From: Eledone cirrhosa
Taxonomy: Eukaryota
Length of the DNA stretch: 64,000 bases
Direction of reading: 5' to 3'
NCBI GenBank assembly: GCA_964016885.1
Contig: OZ024741.1
Span: 231,880,001-231,944,000, forward strand
Numbering within the stretch: position 1 is the stretch's first letter; every line of letters starts with the position of its first letter. Both the position numbers and the translations under genes were made by a program. Below are positions 27,278 to 40,940 of the stretch, piece after piece. Below the pieces are notes generated by a model, which did no database searches, was not told the origin of the DNA, and was given only the letters and a program-made list of their open reading frames with translations.

Positions 27278-27798
27278 GCCCCGCCCTCTTCTTTAGCCGG
27301 GAAGGGCAGGCAGTTTGTATCTGTCTGGTGGCCATGGCGAAAGAGATTGTATGGTGGACACGTTTGAAAGGGCTGAAGACAAGCACTTATCTCTTCGCTG
27401 ATGCCCTGATTAACTTTTTCAAATTTCATTTAAAAAGGAAAATCAGGGTAGAAAGGGAAGTGCTCTCTTCCCAGCATTTTGTTGAAAGATGGGTGAGAGA
27501 GGCAAGAATGGCCCAAGTAAATGGGCCTACTCTGAGTATGTGTCTGTAAATTAAAGGTGGAAAACTGGGAGAGGGCACTTGTCCTGGTGGTCAGGGTCAC
27601 TGTGGCTTTTTAAAGGGCTTTCTCTACGAATGTCCCTCGGAAGTCTCCCCCCAATTGGGGAATTTTTTCGTTGTTCTATTATTACATCCTCTGTTTCTTG
27701 TTTTTTACACGCAGAAATGCCCATCTGTACCGTCCTGTAATGTGCTGTACTGTCCTTAATGTCTACTTCATGTAAACCCTTGTGGTTAATAAAGAAAG

Positions 27799-27800
<2 letters not shown>
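27050..27800 (+). mobile_element. Two tandem Tx1 3' fragments, each ending in (ATT)n
   Basis: CCCTTGTGGCCAATAAAGAAATC(ATT)n at ~27222 and CCCTTGTGGTTAATAAAGAAAGC(ATT)n at ~27777; ORF WWTRLKGLKTS. Confidence 0.8.
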
Positions 27801-27853
<53 letters not shown>

Positions 27854-27857
27854 GTTC

Positions 27858-28525
27858 TTTGAGTCTCAGTCATTGATGTTATTTAACTGGAAAGTTTGTT
27901 CAAATGAATATCAAACCGCTACCTGCAGCCTCAGATATCCAGTACGTATCTCGCAGGGTTCTTGCTGTTCCCAGCAAGCATGCCTTTTGAATTGTCCCCC
28001 AAAAAACGGGGCTGAACTAATGTTCTTTAAGCATCACTGAAAACTCTTTGACATAGTACCTAGTGCTCATTTTTCCTAAACAGTTTTAGACCACCCATAA
28101 AGAGGAGGTGGTTGATGATAAGCTGTCCTCTTTCCAGCTTGTATCCTGCTGTCACATTTCGCAATATGAGGGACAAGGATATGAGGATAAGGACTAACAA
28201 AAACCGGACAAACTATTTCCTGGGAAGATAAATGTCTTGATCTTCACGCCTCACAAGGATTCTCCACCTGATAGCTGTGTTTTCCAGGACTTCATACTTG
28301 TACTTAATAGCTGTCTGATGTTGTCTGCCATCTTAAAGATCTCTAAGCTTTTGGTTATCCAAGAATGAGATAAAATGTCGAATGCCTTCTTGTAATATAT
28401 TCATCACATGGCACGACCAGTATGCCGGTTCTTGCAATTTTTTATTACCATCTTGTCAATAAGTAAACTGGTCTTTTGTACAACGGGCCTTTTTTCGGCA
28501 TCCTTTCTGTTCATTCGGTAATAAG
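27858..28525 (-). mobile_element. R4/Dong fragment (3' end joined to an RT piece)
   Basis: 3'UTR matches the copies ending at 23320 and 57290. Internal part is homologous to 49960-50370. Confidence 0.75.
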
Positions 28526-28627
28526 TTGTTGTTATTATTATTAATATTATTGGTCTGATCGGACATCTTTTTGCTCGCTCTCGTAAGTCTCTCTATTTAC
28601 CTGTTATTATTATTTATTATTTATTTG

Positions 28628-28952
28628 ATCTGAGTTCAAATCGCGCCGAGGTCAACTTTGCCTTTCATCCTTACGGGGTCGATAAAATAAATTACCAGTA
28701 ATGTACTGTGTAATTGTTGGCCTTGTGTCAAAAGTAGAAACAATTATTATTTATTGTTAAATGGTGAATTGGCAGTATCGGTAGAGGGACGGACGCCATG
28801 CTTTGACGCATAGAGTTACGGCCCTTGCCATTCTGAGTTCAAATCAGCCGAGGTTAACTTTGCCTTTCATCCTTACGGGATCGATAAAATAAAGTACCAG
28901 TAATGTACTGGGTATTTGCTGGCCTTGTGCCAATAGTAGAAACAATTATTAT
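28628..28952 (+). mobile_element. Two tandem SINE copies
   Basis: Partial copy at 28628-28752 and full copy at 28763-28952, the latter bracketed by repeated ATTATTTATTGTTAAATG. Confidence 0.85.
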
Positions 28953-28959
28953 TTATTGT

Positions 28960-30467
28960 TAAATGTTTGTTGTGTAAGGGATATAAGATATTGGACTTTG
29001 CCCTGTGAAGAGGAAAGTATAATATTTGGGCCTTTTGGCCCAAATTTTTGAACATTTTGCATTTAAAAATTAACGAAAAAAAACAAAACCTGGCTGAGCC
29101 ATTCGCCCCAGCGATATGTCTGCTGTCGTGCGACAACGACGTAAAATTTGAGAGGAAAGTTATGGGGAACACAGAAATTGATACAACAATCACTACCACA
29201 AACAATGTGAACGAAAATAGCAATGACAACACCACTAAGAACACTAATTTTGAAAAGAAAGACCACACCCACCACAACAGTAGCAGTGACAACCAAATAC
29301 AGACAACAGAAAAATTGACAACAAATGCAACAACAATAATAACACCACTAACACGAACACAAATAGCGACAACACCAACAACAAGAACAATACAAATAGG
29401 ACCGATAACAACAACAATGGCGGCATCAAAGACATAACCGACTGGAACAGTGATAACAGCAGCAACACCAACAACACCATTTGTAGCAGTAGCAACAGCA
29501 ACAGCACAAACAACAAGACCAGTAGCAGCATTAGTGGCGGCAACAATTTTGCCACTGTGAAAGGTACCATCTCTTTTGCAAAGGTGGCTCGCAACGTAGA
29601 AACAGTCCTGGTCGATGTCGGTCGCAAGTCACATGGTAACCAGAACTGAATTCTCAGTGTCATTGAAACCACCAACCGACTACCTGGAGGAACAAGAGTG
29701 ACGCACAGTGTCTTACTATACGATTGCCACGAAATTGCTCTTGTGGAGAGAGCCTCGTAGGCCCAAATCCAGAAGAACTTGGGAACTGTGTGGACACGGA
29801 CAACCCATATCACCCGAGGCAAGGAATATGCTACCGTGGACGTCCTTTTTGCTGCCACTCAGGGAACAAAATCGCACTCACTGAGGACCCTACGAAGTGA
29901 TGACATAACGTTAATCCCGTTTTACTGTGGGAAAAAATATTGGAAAAGTCAGGATATACCAGGTTCCATCCTACGTACCCGTGACTTGGCTTGTCGTGTC
30001 TGTTCTTGCGGGGCATCGAGGATAGAACAAACAATCTGCAGGTACAGAATTCGGGGAGAGAGAACTGGTCCGGTATTGGAATCGAGAGGCTCATCCAAAC
30101 CTCCGGGACTGCATCAGCGCTATTCCCGATGTAATAGACCTAAGGAATGGCTCCCAACTTCCCATATCTGTGGAAGGAAGCCGCCCAAAGTGCTTTAACT
30201 GTGGATCGAAGTCTCACCTCCGGGCTTTCTGCCCACAGAAAATAACAAAGGCGAAGGTCCCCTCCCTTCCAACGCCGGAACCGTTGCCATCAGAAACAGA
30301 GCAGTCAGCGAAAATGTCGGATTCTTCTACAGTGAATAGGAGGAAAACGTCCGTGGCACCCATACCAAAGCCACGGACAACAAAATCAGCGGCGGCAAAT
30401 GCAGCAACAGAATGAGTTGCACTAGCTGCACCTGTGCCAAGAACGGCAGACCAGGCTCCACCACCAC
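28960..30467 (+). mobile_element. Tx1 5'UTR + ORF1 (Asn/Thr-rich N-terminus, CCHC knuckle)
   Basis: THITRGKEYATVDVLF and PKCFNCGSKSHLRAFCPQK (CX2CX4HX4C). Homologous to 54670-55800. Confidence 0.8.
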
Positions 30468-30815
30468 TTACTTACTTGTACTTGTACTTATGTCGACATT
30501 CACCCTGGACGGGTTGAGCCGGCTTCTTCCCTTGTCCTGACGGCATCCCGAACCATGGCAGCCCTCGCACGACGGTCCCGGGCTAGGTCACTAGAGATAG
30601 CGAGCCAGTCACGGTTCCATCGGCGCAGGCCGACCACCTGCGGACCTGAGAGTTCGAAGATGTCCTCCTTGATCGTCGTTGCCCAGGTCTTCAGCTGACC
30701 GCCAACGCGCTTGCGACAGTTAAGGAGCGGAGGTGTGAGGAGAACATCGCGGATCAGCTCACCCTCAGGGTGCCGGGCTGCGTGACCAAACCATCTCAAG
30801 CGCCGTTGCAGAAGC
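30468..30815 (-). mobile_element. RTE-clade LINE 3' fragment
   Basis: RRLRWFGHAARHPEGELIR...GGQLKTW with a short tandem (CAAGTA/TAAG) tail. Confidence 0.8.
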
Positions 30816-30819
30816 AGTG

Positions 30820-31335
30820 AAGGAAGGGGTTGAAGATTTAGGTGAAGACGAAGAGATTGTATGGTGGATAAGGTTGAAAATATTGAAGACGGACAATTTC
30901 CTCTTTAGTGAAACCGATTAATTGTTCAAATTTCACTTGAAAACGAAATTCAGGGTGGAGAGACAAGTACTGTCTTCTAGAAAGTTTGTTGAACGGTGGG
31001 TGAAAGTGGCGAATCTGGTCCGAATGAACGGGCCCATTCTGAGTATGCGCCTGTAGACTTAGGTGTGGGAGAACTGATAGAGGGCGCTTGCCCTGGTGGT
31101 CAGTGGGGACCATGGTCTTTTGTGTCGTTTTCACTGCGAGTGACCCTTGGAGGTTTCCCTCTATTGGGGAATGTTTGTTGTTTAAATGTTTTTGATTTGT
31201 TTTTACAGGTTTCTATCTTCTTGTTATAACCTTCTTACACGGCCAAAACCAACGTTGTATAGTCCTGTACCGTTTGGTGCCGTCTGTAATGTTTTTCTTC
31301 ATGTTAGACATTGTGGCCAATAAAGAAACCATTAC
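30820..31335 (+). mobile_element. Tx1 3' fragment
   Basis: Same C-terminus and TTGTGGCCAATAAAGAAA end as other copies. Confidence 0.75.
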
Positions 31336-31429
31336 TATTATTAATATTATTTAGAGGGTCGGACGCCATGCTTTTCAGCATAGAGTTACTAGCATCCGAG
31401 GTGGAGAGACCTTTGAATTATTCGAGCCT

Positions 31430-34400
31430 TAAGCCCGAACATTTTGATTTATATTTATTTTTTTAAACTTTGAAAAATCATTTTCCAAAAAAGAACATGG
31501 AAGATTTGACCTTGAATCTGAGAGAATGGTACAAGGGAAGGGATCTATAAACAGTAATCGTTCCTCTTTACCACCTCCAACCGGCGTCACCACCACTCCC
31601 GCTCCCACCACCACGAAATTGATGGCCCTCTTAGCACGAACAGAAGAAAATCAAACAGGCGGGGACATTTTTTAATTAAGTACATTTTGCGTGCCAGAAG
31701 ATTTGATTCTTGCGTGAATGTCGTTCGATTCCACAAGGAAATTCGATACAGCTTTCATCAGGGAGTGGGAATCATGAATGTGAGGCCCACATCCAGACTG
31801 TTAAAGGGGTTCCCAAAATAAACCCCAACAACCATTGAGATCGAACCACCCGACCCTCACAAGACCCCGGGAAGTAGGTAAACCCTCCTTCTCTCTTTTA
31901 GCTTGCCAACATAGCCATATTAAGAGTAGGAATTTTAAATATTCGTGGCCTGGAGTTACCCTGGAAGCAGGGTCACCTTCTAAACAGCTTCAGGTCTCTG
32001 CAACGGATGTAATTTCCGTCAGCGAGACAGATTACCGACACGCGCGCACTAACCCCATTTTCGACGACTATCAGATCTTCGCATCTGTTAGCCGGCCAGG
32101 AATGGGAGATGGGGTGGCTGGTGCTGTTTAGAAAACACCCGGAACGCGAGGTAAAGTCAATCATCCGGGACCCGGACGATAAGTTGGTGGTCGTGGACGT
32201 GAACAATAGTGAAGGTTGTGCCTTTAGACGGGTGGTCATCTACATCCCTTCCGGGGCCGGACGGCCGAACTTCTTTAGATGCCGGAAAGACTTTTTGGGT
32301 GCGTCTCGCCCTTTACTGTTAGCTGGAGACTGGAACGGCATATTATACGCACACTGGGATTGTGGGGAGCAGCTGATAGTATCAGCCAGTTCCCACAGTC
32401 TGAGAGGCACCGATTAGATCTCCCTAATGCGCTAGTGTAAACCTGGACCAACCGTATAGGGTTATTTAGATCATATATAGACATGATTTTGATTAGAAAA
32501 ATAGATAGAAATAGTGTAAGCTGTCCATGTTTTAAAACGGTCGCCTATTCAGATCACGAGTTTGTGATCTGTATGGTGGACCTAGATAAGACGTGAAAGT
32601 TAGGACCTGTTTACTGGAAGCTGAATATGTCGTTTTCGGCACGTAAATCTGAGCGGGACAGGTTCAACAATTTAGTTAAGCAAAATATGACAGGGAGGGG
32701 TGTCGTCAACAACAGATGGTAGGGGCTCTCAAAAGAGAGATTAGAGTAATTTCGATAGGGCGTAGCAAAGAAGTAACGTTAGAGAAAAATAGGAAGGAGG
32801 GGAAGCTGGTAGCTAAGTTAGACGAGACTATTTGTTGTGGCATTGCAACTGACGTGCTAGCGGCGACAATGGCATAAAACAGTTTCTTCAATGTCAAACA
32901 CGAAGGTTGCATTATCAGGTTAAAGGCGCGTGTTCTGAGAAACGAGGGAACACAATCTGTTCGATGGGCCCGCGTAGCAGAGGCGCAGTGTGGTTATAAA
33001 ACCAGAATTCAATCTTTGATGGACCGAGACTGACACGAGCCAAGCGATTTCAAGAGAATATGTGAGGCCTTTCGCCAGTACTTAGCTCGGTTGTTTTGGG
33101 AGAGTGGTCGGTCAGAGACATTAGCGGACTTCAGTCCCTATATCGACAACGTCCCGTGACTCTCGATGGTCGATGCTGAGCGCTGCAAAAGGCCGATTAC
33201 TTCAGCCGAAATTCAGGAAACCCTTGTTAACCGGTTTGGATGGTCTGCCGTACGAGCTTTGCATAAATATGCCAGATTTGTTCACTGATCTCCTCCGATC
33301 GCTCTACTGCAACTGGCAGTAGAATAAGAGTATTCCCGGTTCTGTGAGCCGGGGCGTAGTGAGACTTATAAGGAAAGGAGAGAAGAAGGACACATTAGAG
33401 AATTTCAGGCCCATAACACTGCTTAACACAGAGTTTAAGATTTTGGCCAAGGTGTTAGTGAAGTGGTTGGTGCTTGTCGTCTAGGATTTGGTTGGGGAGG
33501 CGTCAACTTACGCAATGCCGACCAGGTCCATACACAACAATCTCCACCCTATGCGATACATCATATACAGGGTAGCGTGTAAACCCGGCTTAGCGGGATC
33601 TCTGATCAATTTAGATCCATCGAAAGCATTCGATAGGGTCGACCATCGGTACCTGGAAACTGTCCTCAAGCTAGCTGCGTCGACTCCGTCTTCAGAAGCT
33701 GGATCCTGCAATACAGAGCAGTATCTGCTCGGTGGTGAAAGTTAATGGTCACCTCTCGGAACCGTTTCAGATCTCACGATCGCTCCGTCAATGGTGCACC
33801 CTCTCTTCCCCTCTGTACGTATTGACTCTCGAGCCATTACTGGGGTAGCTGGAGCTGTTTCAGGGCATCCCGCTCGAACACGAAAAAGTTGTGAGGGCTT
33901 AGGCGGACAACATCACCGTGATGGTGTCGTACAGCTCGGAAATCGAAGTGGTTGGCACCTTATTGGAGGAATATGAAAGGTTGACTTGAGCGAAACTTAA
34001 CCCGGTTTGTTGGCTTGCAGCTCAGCCGCTGGAGAGGCAAGACAATGCTGTATAACAGTGTCGCTGGGCGCTGGACGGATGGATCAGTAAAGTTGTTCGG
34101 TGTTTCGTTCGGACCATACCTCCAGGTGGATAAGAATTGGGACGAGGTAATGAGCAGGGTAGCCAGTCTCACCCAGAAATGGGTTGCGAACAAGCTATCA
34201 CTGAAAGGTTGAGTGGAGGTGGCAAATGCGAACAACGCGACTGTCATCTACTACCACCTGGACATCGGGCCTTGCCCCCGTTGACTCTTCCCCAATTTGT
34301 AAAGGCTCTTCTTCAAATTCTTGTGGAGGGGACAAGTCTCGTTGATAAAGCAAGTCCATCTTCTTCCAGCACCCTCTGCGTACAGCACTGAGCATGCCGT

Positions 34401-35230
34401 GGCTATTGATGCGTAGACATATGCTGAGGCTGCGGCATCTCCAGATATTCTTCCTAAGCGGTGAACGGTGAACGGTGAACAGGTGTCGTCACCGTTTATC
34501 CGACGGGCCTTTCCGCAAGTTGTCTCTTTGACAAAGCTGCATTACTGGGTCAAGAAGAGACCGAGACTGGGGGACTGGCATTTGAAATGTTGCCAGGCAC
34601 TCATACCCTCTACCAGGCCGGCAATGTTGTCAGTGGAACTTCCACTCTCGAGCGCTATAAGGATTAGTGGTGGGCAAGTGCGATGACTCACACGTAGAGG
34701 ATCTGGGCGTCGATGAAGTCTGACTAGTCTTCTCCAGAGGACTTTCGAGCCGGGAACGATGGATAACTTCCAGAAATCACTCGCTTGGCAGTGCTATCTC
34801 ACTGCCAGTTCGAGATAAACTCTACAGGCAAGGAAGTGCTGTCAGACGGACCTGCCGGAGATGCGCGCAGAGTGACGAAATCGTTCTGCACGCACCGCAC
34901 TCGTCCAGTGTCCGTTCATTACTGACGTGTGGAGTTATGTCGAACAGTTGTTGTCGCGTGTAGAACGGATCCGGCTATCAGCCGAATCCATAGTGAAGAT
35001 CGACCCGCCGCCTTCTTTTAGCCAGGAAGTGCAGGCAATATTGGTGGGGTACCTGAGTTGCCATTGGGTACCCGCTCCCCTATTGGGGAATTTATTTAAT
35101 TGTGTTTATACATAGTTTATTTTATATTTTCATTGTTAAATTGGTTTTGCTATTGTGCAATTTTACTCGACCCTATTGTAAACCACCACTGCCCGTGTCT
35201 TTGTATTGTCCCCTACATGTCGGCCCTTGT
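31430..35230 (+). mobile_element. Tx1 element, end of ORF1 and complete but degenerate ORF2 (APE + RT + zinc finger)
   Basis: VISVSET, LAGDWNG, SDH, FRPITLLNTEFKILAKVL, DPSKAFDRVDH, KLSLKG and the shared 3' tail. Confidence 0.85.
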
Positions 35231-35289
35231 GGCCAATAAATGATATCATTATTTCCTTCATTATTCATATTGCGCATCATTACTTCTGT

Positions 35290-35985
35290 GCCTTGAGTAT
35301 GAGCACCGTATATTTTACTGATGTTGTTTCTATTGTATTGATAGTACTACTCGTAATATGTGTACATTGCCTAGTAGTGCTATCTTTTGTATGCTGTATA
35401 TATGTTTAAGTCATGGAGTTTTGGCTATGTATTTGTCTGTGTGTTTCTTTTTTTATCATTCCTAGAGCACTTTTTATTTTACTTATTGTTTTAGTTTTCA
35501 TATTCCACATTCCAGTTATTTCTCTATCAAGATCTTTATATTTGGAGATTTTCCTTGGAAGTTATATTGTCGTCTGTGGGGATAGATACATCTATTAGAA
35601 ATCATTTTCATCTTTATGGTCTTTGACTATAATATCTGGTCAGTTGGCCTTCATCTTTCTGTTTGTATGTATTGGCATATCCAAGAGAATGTTTGCTTTG
35701 TCATTCTCTGATACCTTTTCTGGTGTATGTTTCTACCATATTTTTTCTGTTGGTATTTCATAATTTTGGGATAATTTCCAGTGTATGAAGGGCCAAACTC
35801 GATCAATCCTGTGGAATATTCTTTTTTGGCTACAGCTGGGCATTCAAAGACTATGTGGTTAATTGTTTCTTCCCTATCTCCACATATTCTGCAACTATTT
35901 ATTGTGCTTTGGTGGGTAGGCTATAGTCTTGTGCTGGAATTATAATTCCTTCCGTCTCAGCTTTCAGTCCAGTGCTTCGGAGTAT
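35290..35985 (-). mobile_element. R4/Dong RLE-domain fragment
   Basis: Minus strand LRSTGLKAETEG, CRICGDREETINHIVFECP and KISKYKDL. Confidence 0.7.
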
Positions 35986-35999
35986 TATTATTAGATTCA

Positions 36000-37050
36000 T
36001 ATATGACACACGAGACAACCAGATAATTCATCACCTATTTGAGGCATTTGACATCTGGGACCAAACTTCCGAAAGTTCAAGAAGGCGGTCTTATTTACAT
36101 GCCAAACTTTGTAAGAATGTTCATTGCACGATTGGTCTATTGGAACCATTATTTGAACCAAGAGGACGCGCTGTCCCTGTTGCCACATCTAGCGGCTTTC
36201 AGCCGTAGCTTTGAACAACCGGAACAATATTTGCCGTTTAAACAGTTTCCACTCTGTTAAAATCTTCAATTTGCTCAGGGAGTTCTTTGAATTTGGATGC
36301 AATAGTATTCGCATACCTGAACCCATATTTCTTATCCACAAAGCTTTCCACTTTATCCTGTAGGTCTATCCTCAACTGACAGATTTCTGCGTTGATCTGA
36401 AAGGTCTCCTGTTGCAGATACCTGGATGATGACCGGTTGACAGCACAGTACCTCTCATAACAGGAACATCCTACACAGAACCGAAGCCATTAATACAAAA
36501 CAAAATCAGTTATTCATCTCTGTCTCTGATTTCTCACATACCATGTATATTTATGGATGTCTTTTTCTCGGATGTAAGTGCTCATTATAGAATGTCCATT
36601 CCTCGAACAGAAGTCTGATAAGGTCTCTCCATATTTATATCGTGGTCAGTGTCAACATGTTCAATGACGTTTCCCATTAGAGTGTATGATTCAGTCTTAA
36701 CTGCATCCAATGCTGTGAGAAAATTATTAAGGAAGGATTTGTATTGGAACTCAATGTTTGGTGCAAAAATTACACCAATCACTGAGACCTATGGGTGTAG
36801 TCCATAACAAAGTCTGTTAGTCGGGAAATTGTAGGTATCTCCATTCCCACAGGTTCAGTCATATCCAGCACCACACATGATTAGTGGATTATTCTGTTTT
36901 CCATCCAAATCTACAGTAACACATCCACCGGACTTTAATAAGTATACTCCGACAATATCTAGCCGGTAGTATATAGCCTACCCCACTACTTACTGCTCAT
37001 TACCTGTAAAGGTTGCAATGTTCCAGGTTACAATTTTCAAATATTTTTCC
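36000..37050 (-). mobile_element. Very old RTE-like APE endonuclease remnant
   Basis: Minus strand YRLDIVGV, VIGVIFAPN, LMGNVIEHV, INTWY and TDFVL in APE motif order, with many stops. Confidence 0.5.
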
Positions 37051-37590
37051 CTTCCAAACCCACTTTGGGGTTTCAGGATACTCAATATTTCTGTGTCCAT
37101 ACCAAGCTACCCAAGACATGTCGAAAGCCCGTTGCCAATTGTTACAGAATGAGGTGGGGATTGAAGTGTACATTAGGAAAAAGCCCTCTACATAACACTT
37201 GAATGCGTTCCTTATAAATCCGTGCAAAGAACGATGCAATATGATGGCTTTTCTTGCGTCTAGCCATATTACAGTGTATTTTGGTTGCCTTATTCATGTC
37301 AGTAACCAATTGGGTACTTTTCCTAGACATTCGAGAATTAATAATCACAGTTAATATATAATCGCAGTAAAGAGAAATATGTTCATCTTACTATATAACA
37401 GATAGGGTCGCAGATATTTATTAAAATGTCTATTTTGGCTTTGGCATATAATTTGTCCATCACGCTCCGCCTAACATGTCCCACTAAAATTTTAGCCTTT
37501 TCGCTCCTCGTCATCATTGACAATAGCATAAGTACCATCCTAATATTTTAATATTGAAATGGAAATATGTCATCAAATTATATTTTTCAG

Positions 37591-37740
37591 CTAATTGTCC
37601 CAAGTTTATAGATTGGTTCGGAAGAGAACAGAAGTTTCAATGTCACTGTTACGATTTAAAAGAGTGTACATTTAAACAGGAAGATCCATGTACAACTGAC
37701 CGTTGTCAGGATGGCTATGATGGTCCAACATGTCAAATAC
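37591..37740 (+). CDS. Internal exon encoding an EGF-like (laminin/MEGF-type) module
   Basis: TTTTTCAG acceptor and GTAAGT donor. 150 nt, phase 1-1, NCPKFIDWFGREQKFQCHCYDLKECTFKQEDPCTTDRCQDGYDGPTCQI. Confidence 0.8.
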
Positions 37741-38119
37741 GTAAGTCAAATATTTTCAAATTCATATTAATGTGCCTTTATCGTGTGCCGGTTTTTTCTA
37801 GCTACAAGAGTACCATTATTAATGATTTCCACATTTTCAGTGGCCCTTTAATTTATGCTAGTGTTAAATTCTAACGTTTATGTTTATGTTACATTTGTAC
37901 AAAGATTTAAAGCCCATTTATAGATTATGCTATAGGACACACTCTATCCAAATCCAGTACCTCATATATCTATTTCTTTACGTATGCAGCCGTTTTATAT
38001 GTAAATAACAGGTCAGCTCAGATATTTGGGTACATTTCCATGGAGTCATGAAAGAAGAACTTTTTTTTAAGAAGAAATTGGCATGAATAATCGTTATACA
38101 CGTTTTGACGCATCTATCT

Positions 38120-39110
38120 GATTGTGTCTGCCGTTAGCAGTGATGTTCGCTTCGATACGAAGAATGACAATTTTACATGTACGAATCAGATGATCTTTAT
38201 TTATTTTAGATATAGTGCCAATTATGCGGACTTCAGAGATCTTATAGCATTAATTGACTTCCCACTCTACTGCACCCCATACATCTAACCGATTCAGGTC
38301 TGGATAGCTAGGAAATCATTTATGTGGAGTTAAGTGATAGGGGTGAATGTAACTCGTCCATTATTTGCTCGTCTTGTCGGTATGAGACGGCGCAAAATAT
38401 TATTGGGAGGTGTACAATCCTTCTTTGCACACGCTCTATATCTAAGGCCTCACATCCTTTCCCCCATTTTATTTTAGTTAGTTGCATTGACCCTTAAGAA
38501 CCGAAGGAAGCAGTGAAGAGGCGTGAGTTCTGCCTCATTGCTCACAACTGCCAGAACCATCATTGATGTCGGGAGTGTTGAGTGTATGACCATCGGACCA
38601 TGTTTTGAGTCACTCAAAAAACATCTAACATTCCCGAGTTGACCTTTTTGTCCCGATCAAAGTTTTCTCATCATAGAAACAACAAATCATTGAAGGCTCC
38701 TCTATGTTTCAGCGTGCTCAAAAAGCTATTTCCACGAATCAGGCGAATATTTTAATTTTTATAAACATGCATTGGACATTCCGACTCATAAAAGAAAACA
38801 TCGAAGTTCTTCATGCACGATTCCTCTGAATGTGTACGTTGAAGTCCTGAGCTACTTAGCAATATGTCAAATTGATTTTATGGGCATCTTATCGATAATA
38901 TTCAGCTCCTGTTGTAGACATTGTGTGTTCTGGTGGTATAATAACTCTTAACAGGCCTTTAGCGTTTGGCTTCTACTGCAGAATTCCCGTCATGTCTTTC
39001 AGATTCTTGCAAAACAAACATGCAACATTTAAGCCTCTATTCCCAGCCTTTAGTGCAAACATTACAAAGTGTCATTTCATTTGCTAAGGTACAGTGATTT
39101 CTGACATCAT
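38120..39110 (-). mobile_element. Degenerate Tc1/mariner transposase, maT (DD37D)-like
   Basis: Minus strand pieces FYDEK/NFDRDKKVN (frameshifted), PTSMMVLAVVSNE, LRVNA, FAPSH and YPDLNRLDVWGAVE. Confidence 0.7.
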
Positions 39111-39214
39111 TATTTGTGAAACAAAATGATAATCAGATTAAGATAGACAATTGTTAGAGCTATCAAAATATATGTCTTCAAAGACCTGAACAACGTTGTT
39201 TGTGTACATCAGTT

Positions 39215-39500
39215 CCAATTGGTATTTGGAATAGAATAGTTGTTCGATCAATACAAAGGCCTGCTCATAACATTACCGTATAAGTGATTGAGTATTCCAT
39301 AGACATATCTACAATAAACCTACATACTAGAGATATTCAGCGTGACACAATACATGACAATGGTGTCTAACTTCACACACAAAACTAGGGTTCACCTAAG
39401 ACTATTGTCAATGACTAACTAGCAGATACCATGCAAAGGAACCGAACACGGTGAGATAGTTATAGCAAAGCGAACTTTTGAACCACCCATCCAAGCTGTA
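39215..39500 (-). mobile_element. Old SINE of a second family
   Basis: tRNA-like head (GTGGTTCAAAAG...GTTCGGTTCC) plus a central TGTCACGCTGAAT...GAGCAGGC domain recalled from octopus SINEs; heavily diverged. Confidence 0.45.
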
Positions 39501-39573
39501 TCCAAACGGTGTCTAAAGGCATATACAAGCGCGCACAAACATGCACAAAGACATACAGACAGATCCCCCCCCC

Positions 39574-40938
<1,365 letters not shown>

Positions 40939-40940
<2 letters not shown>

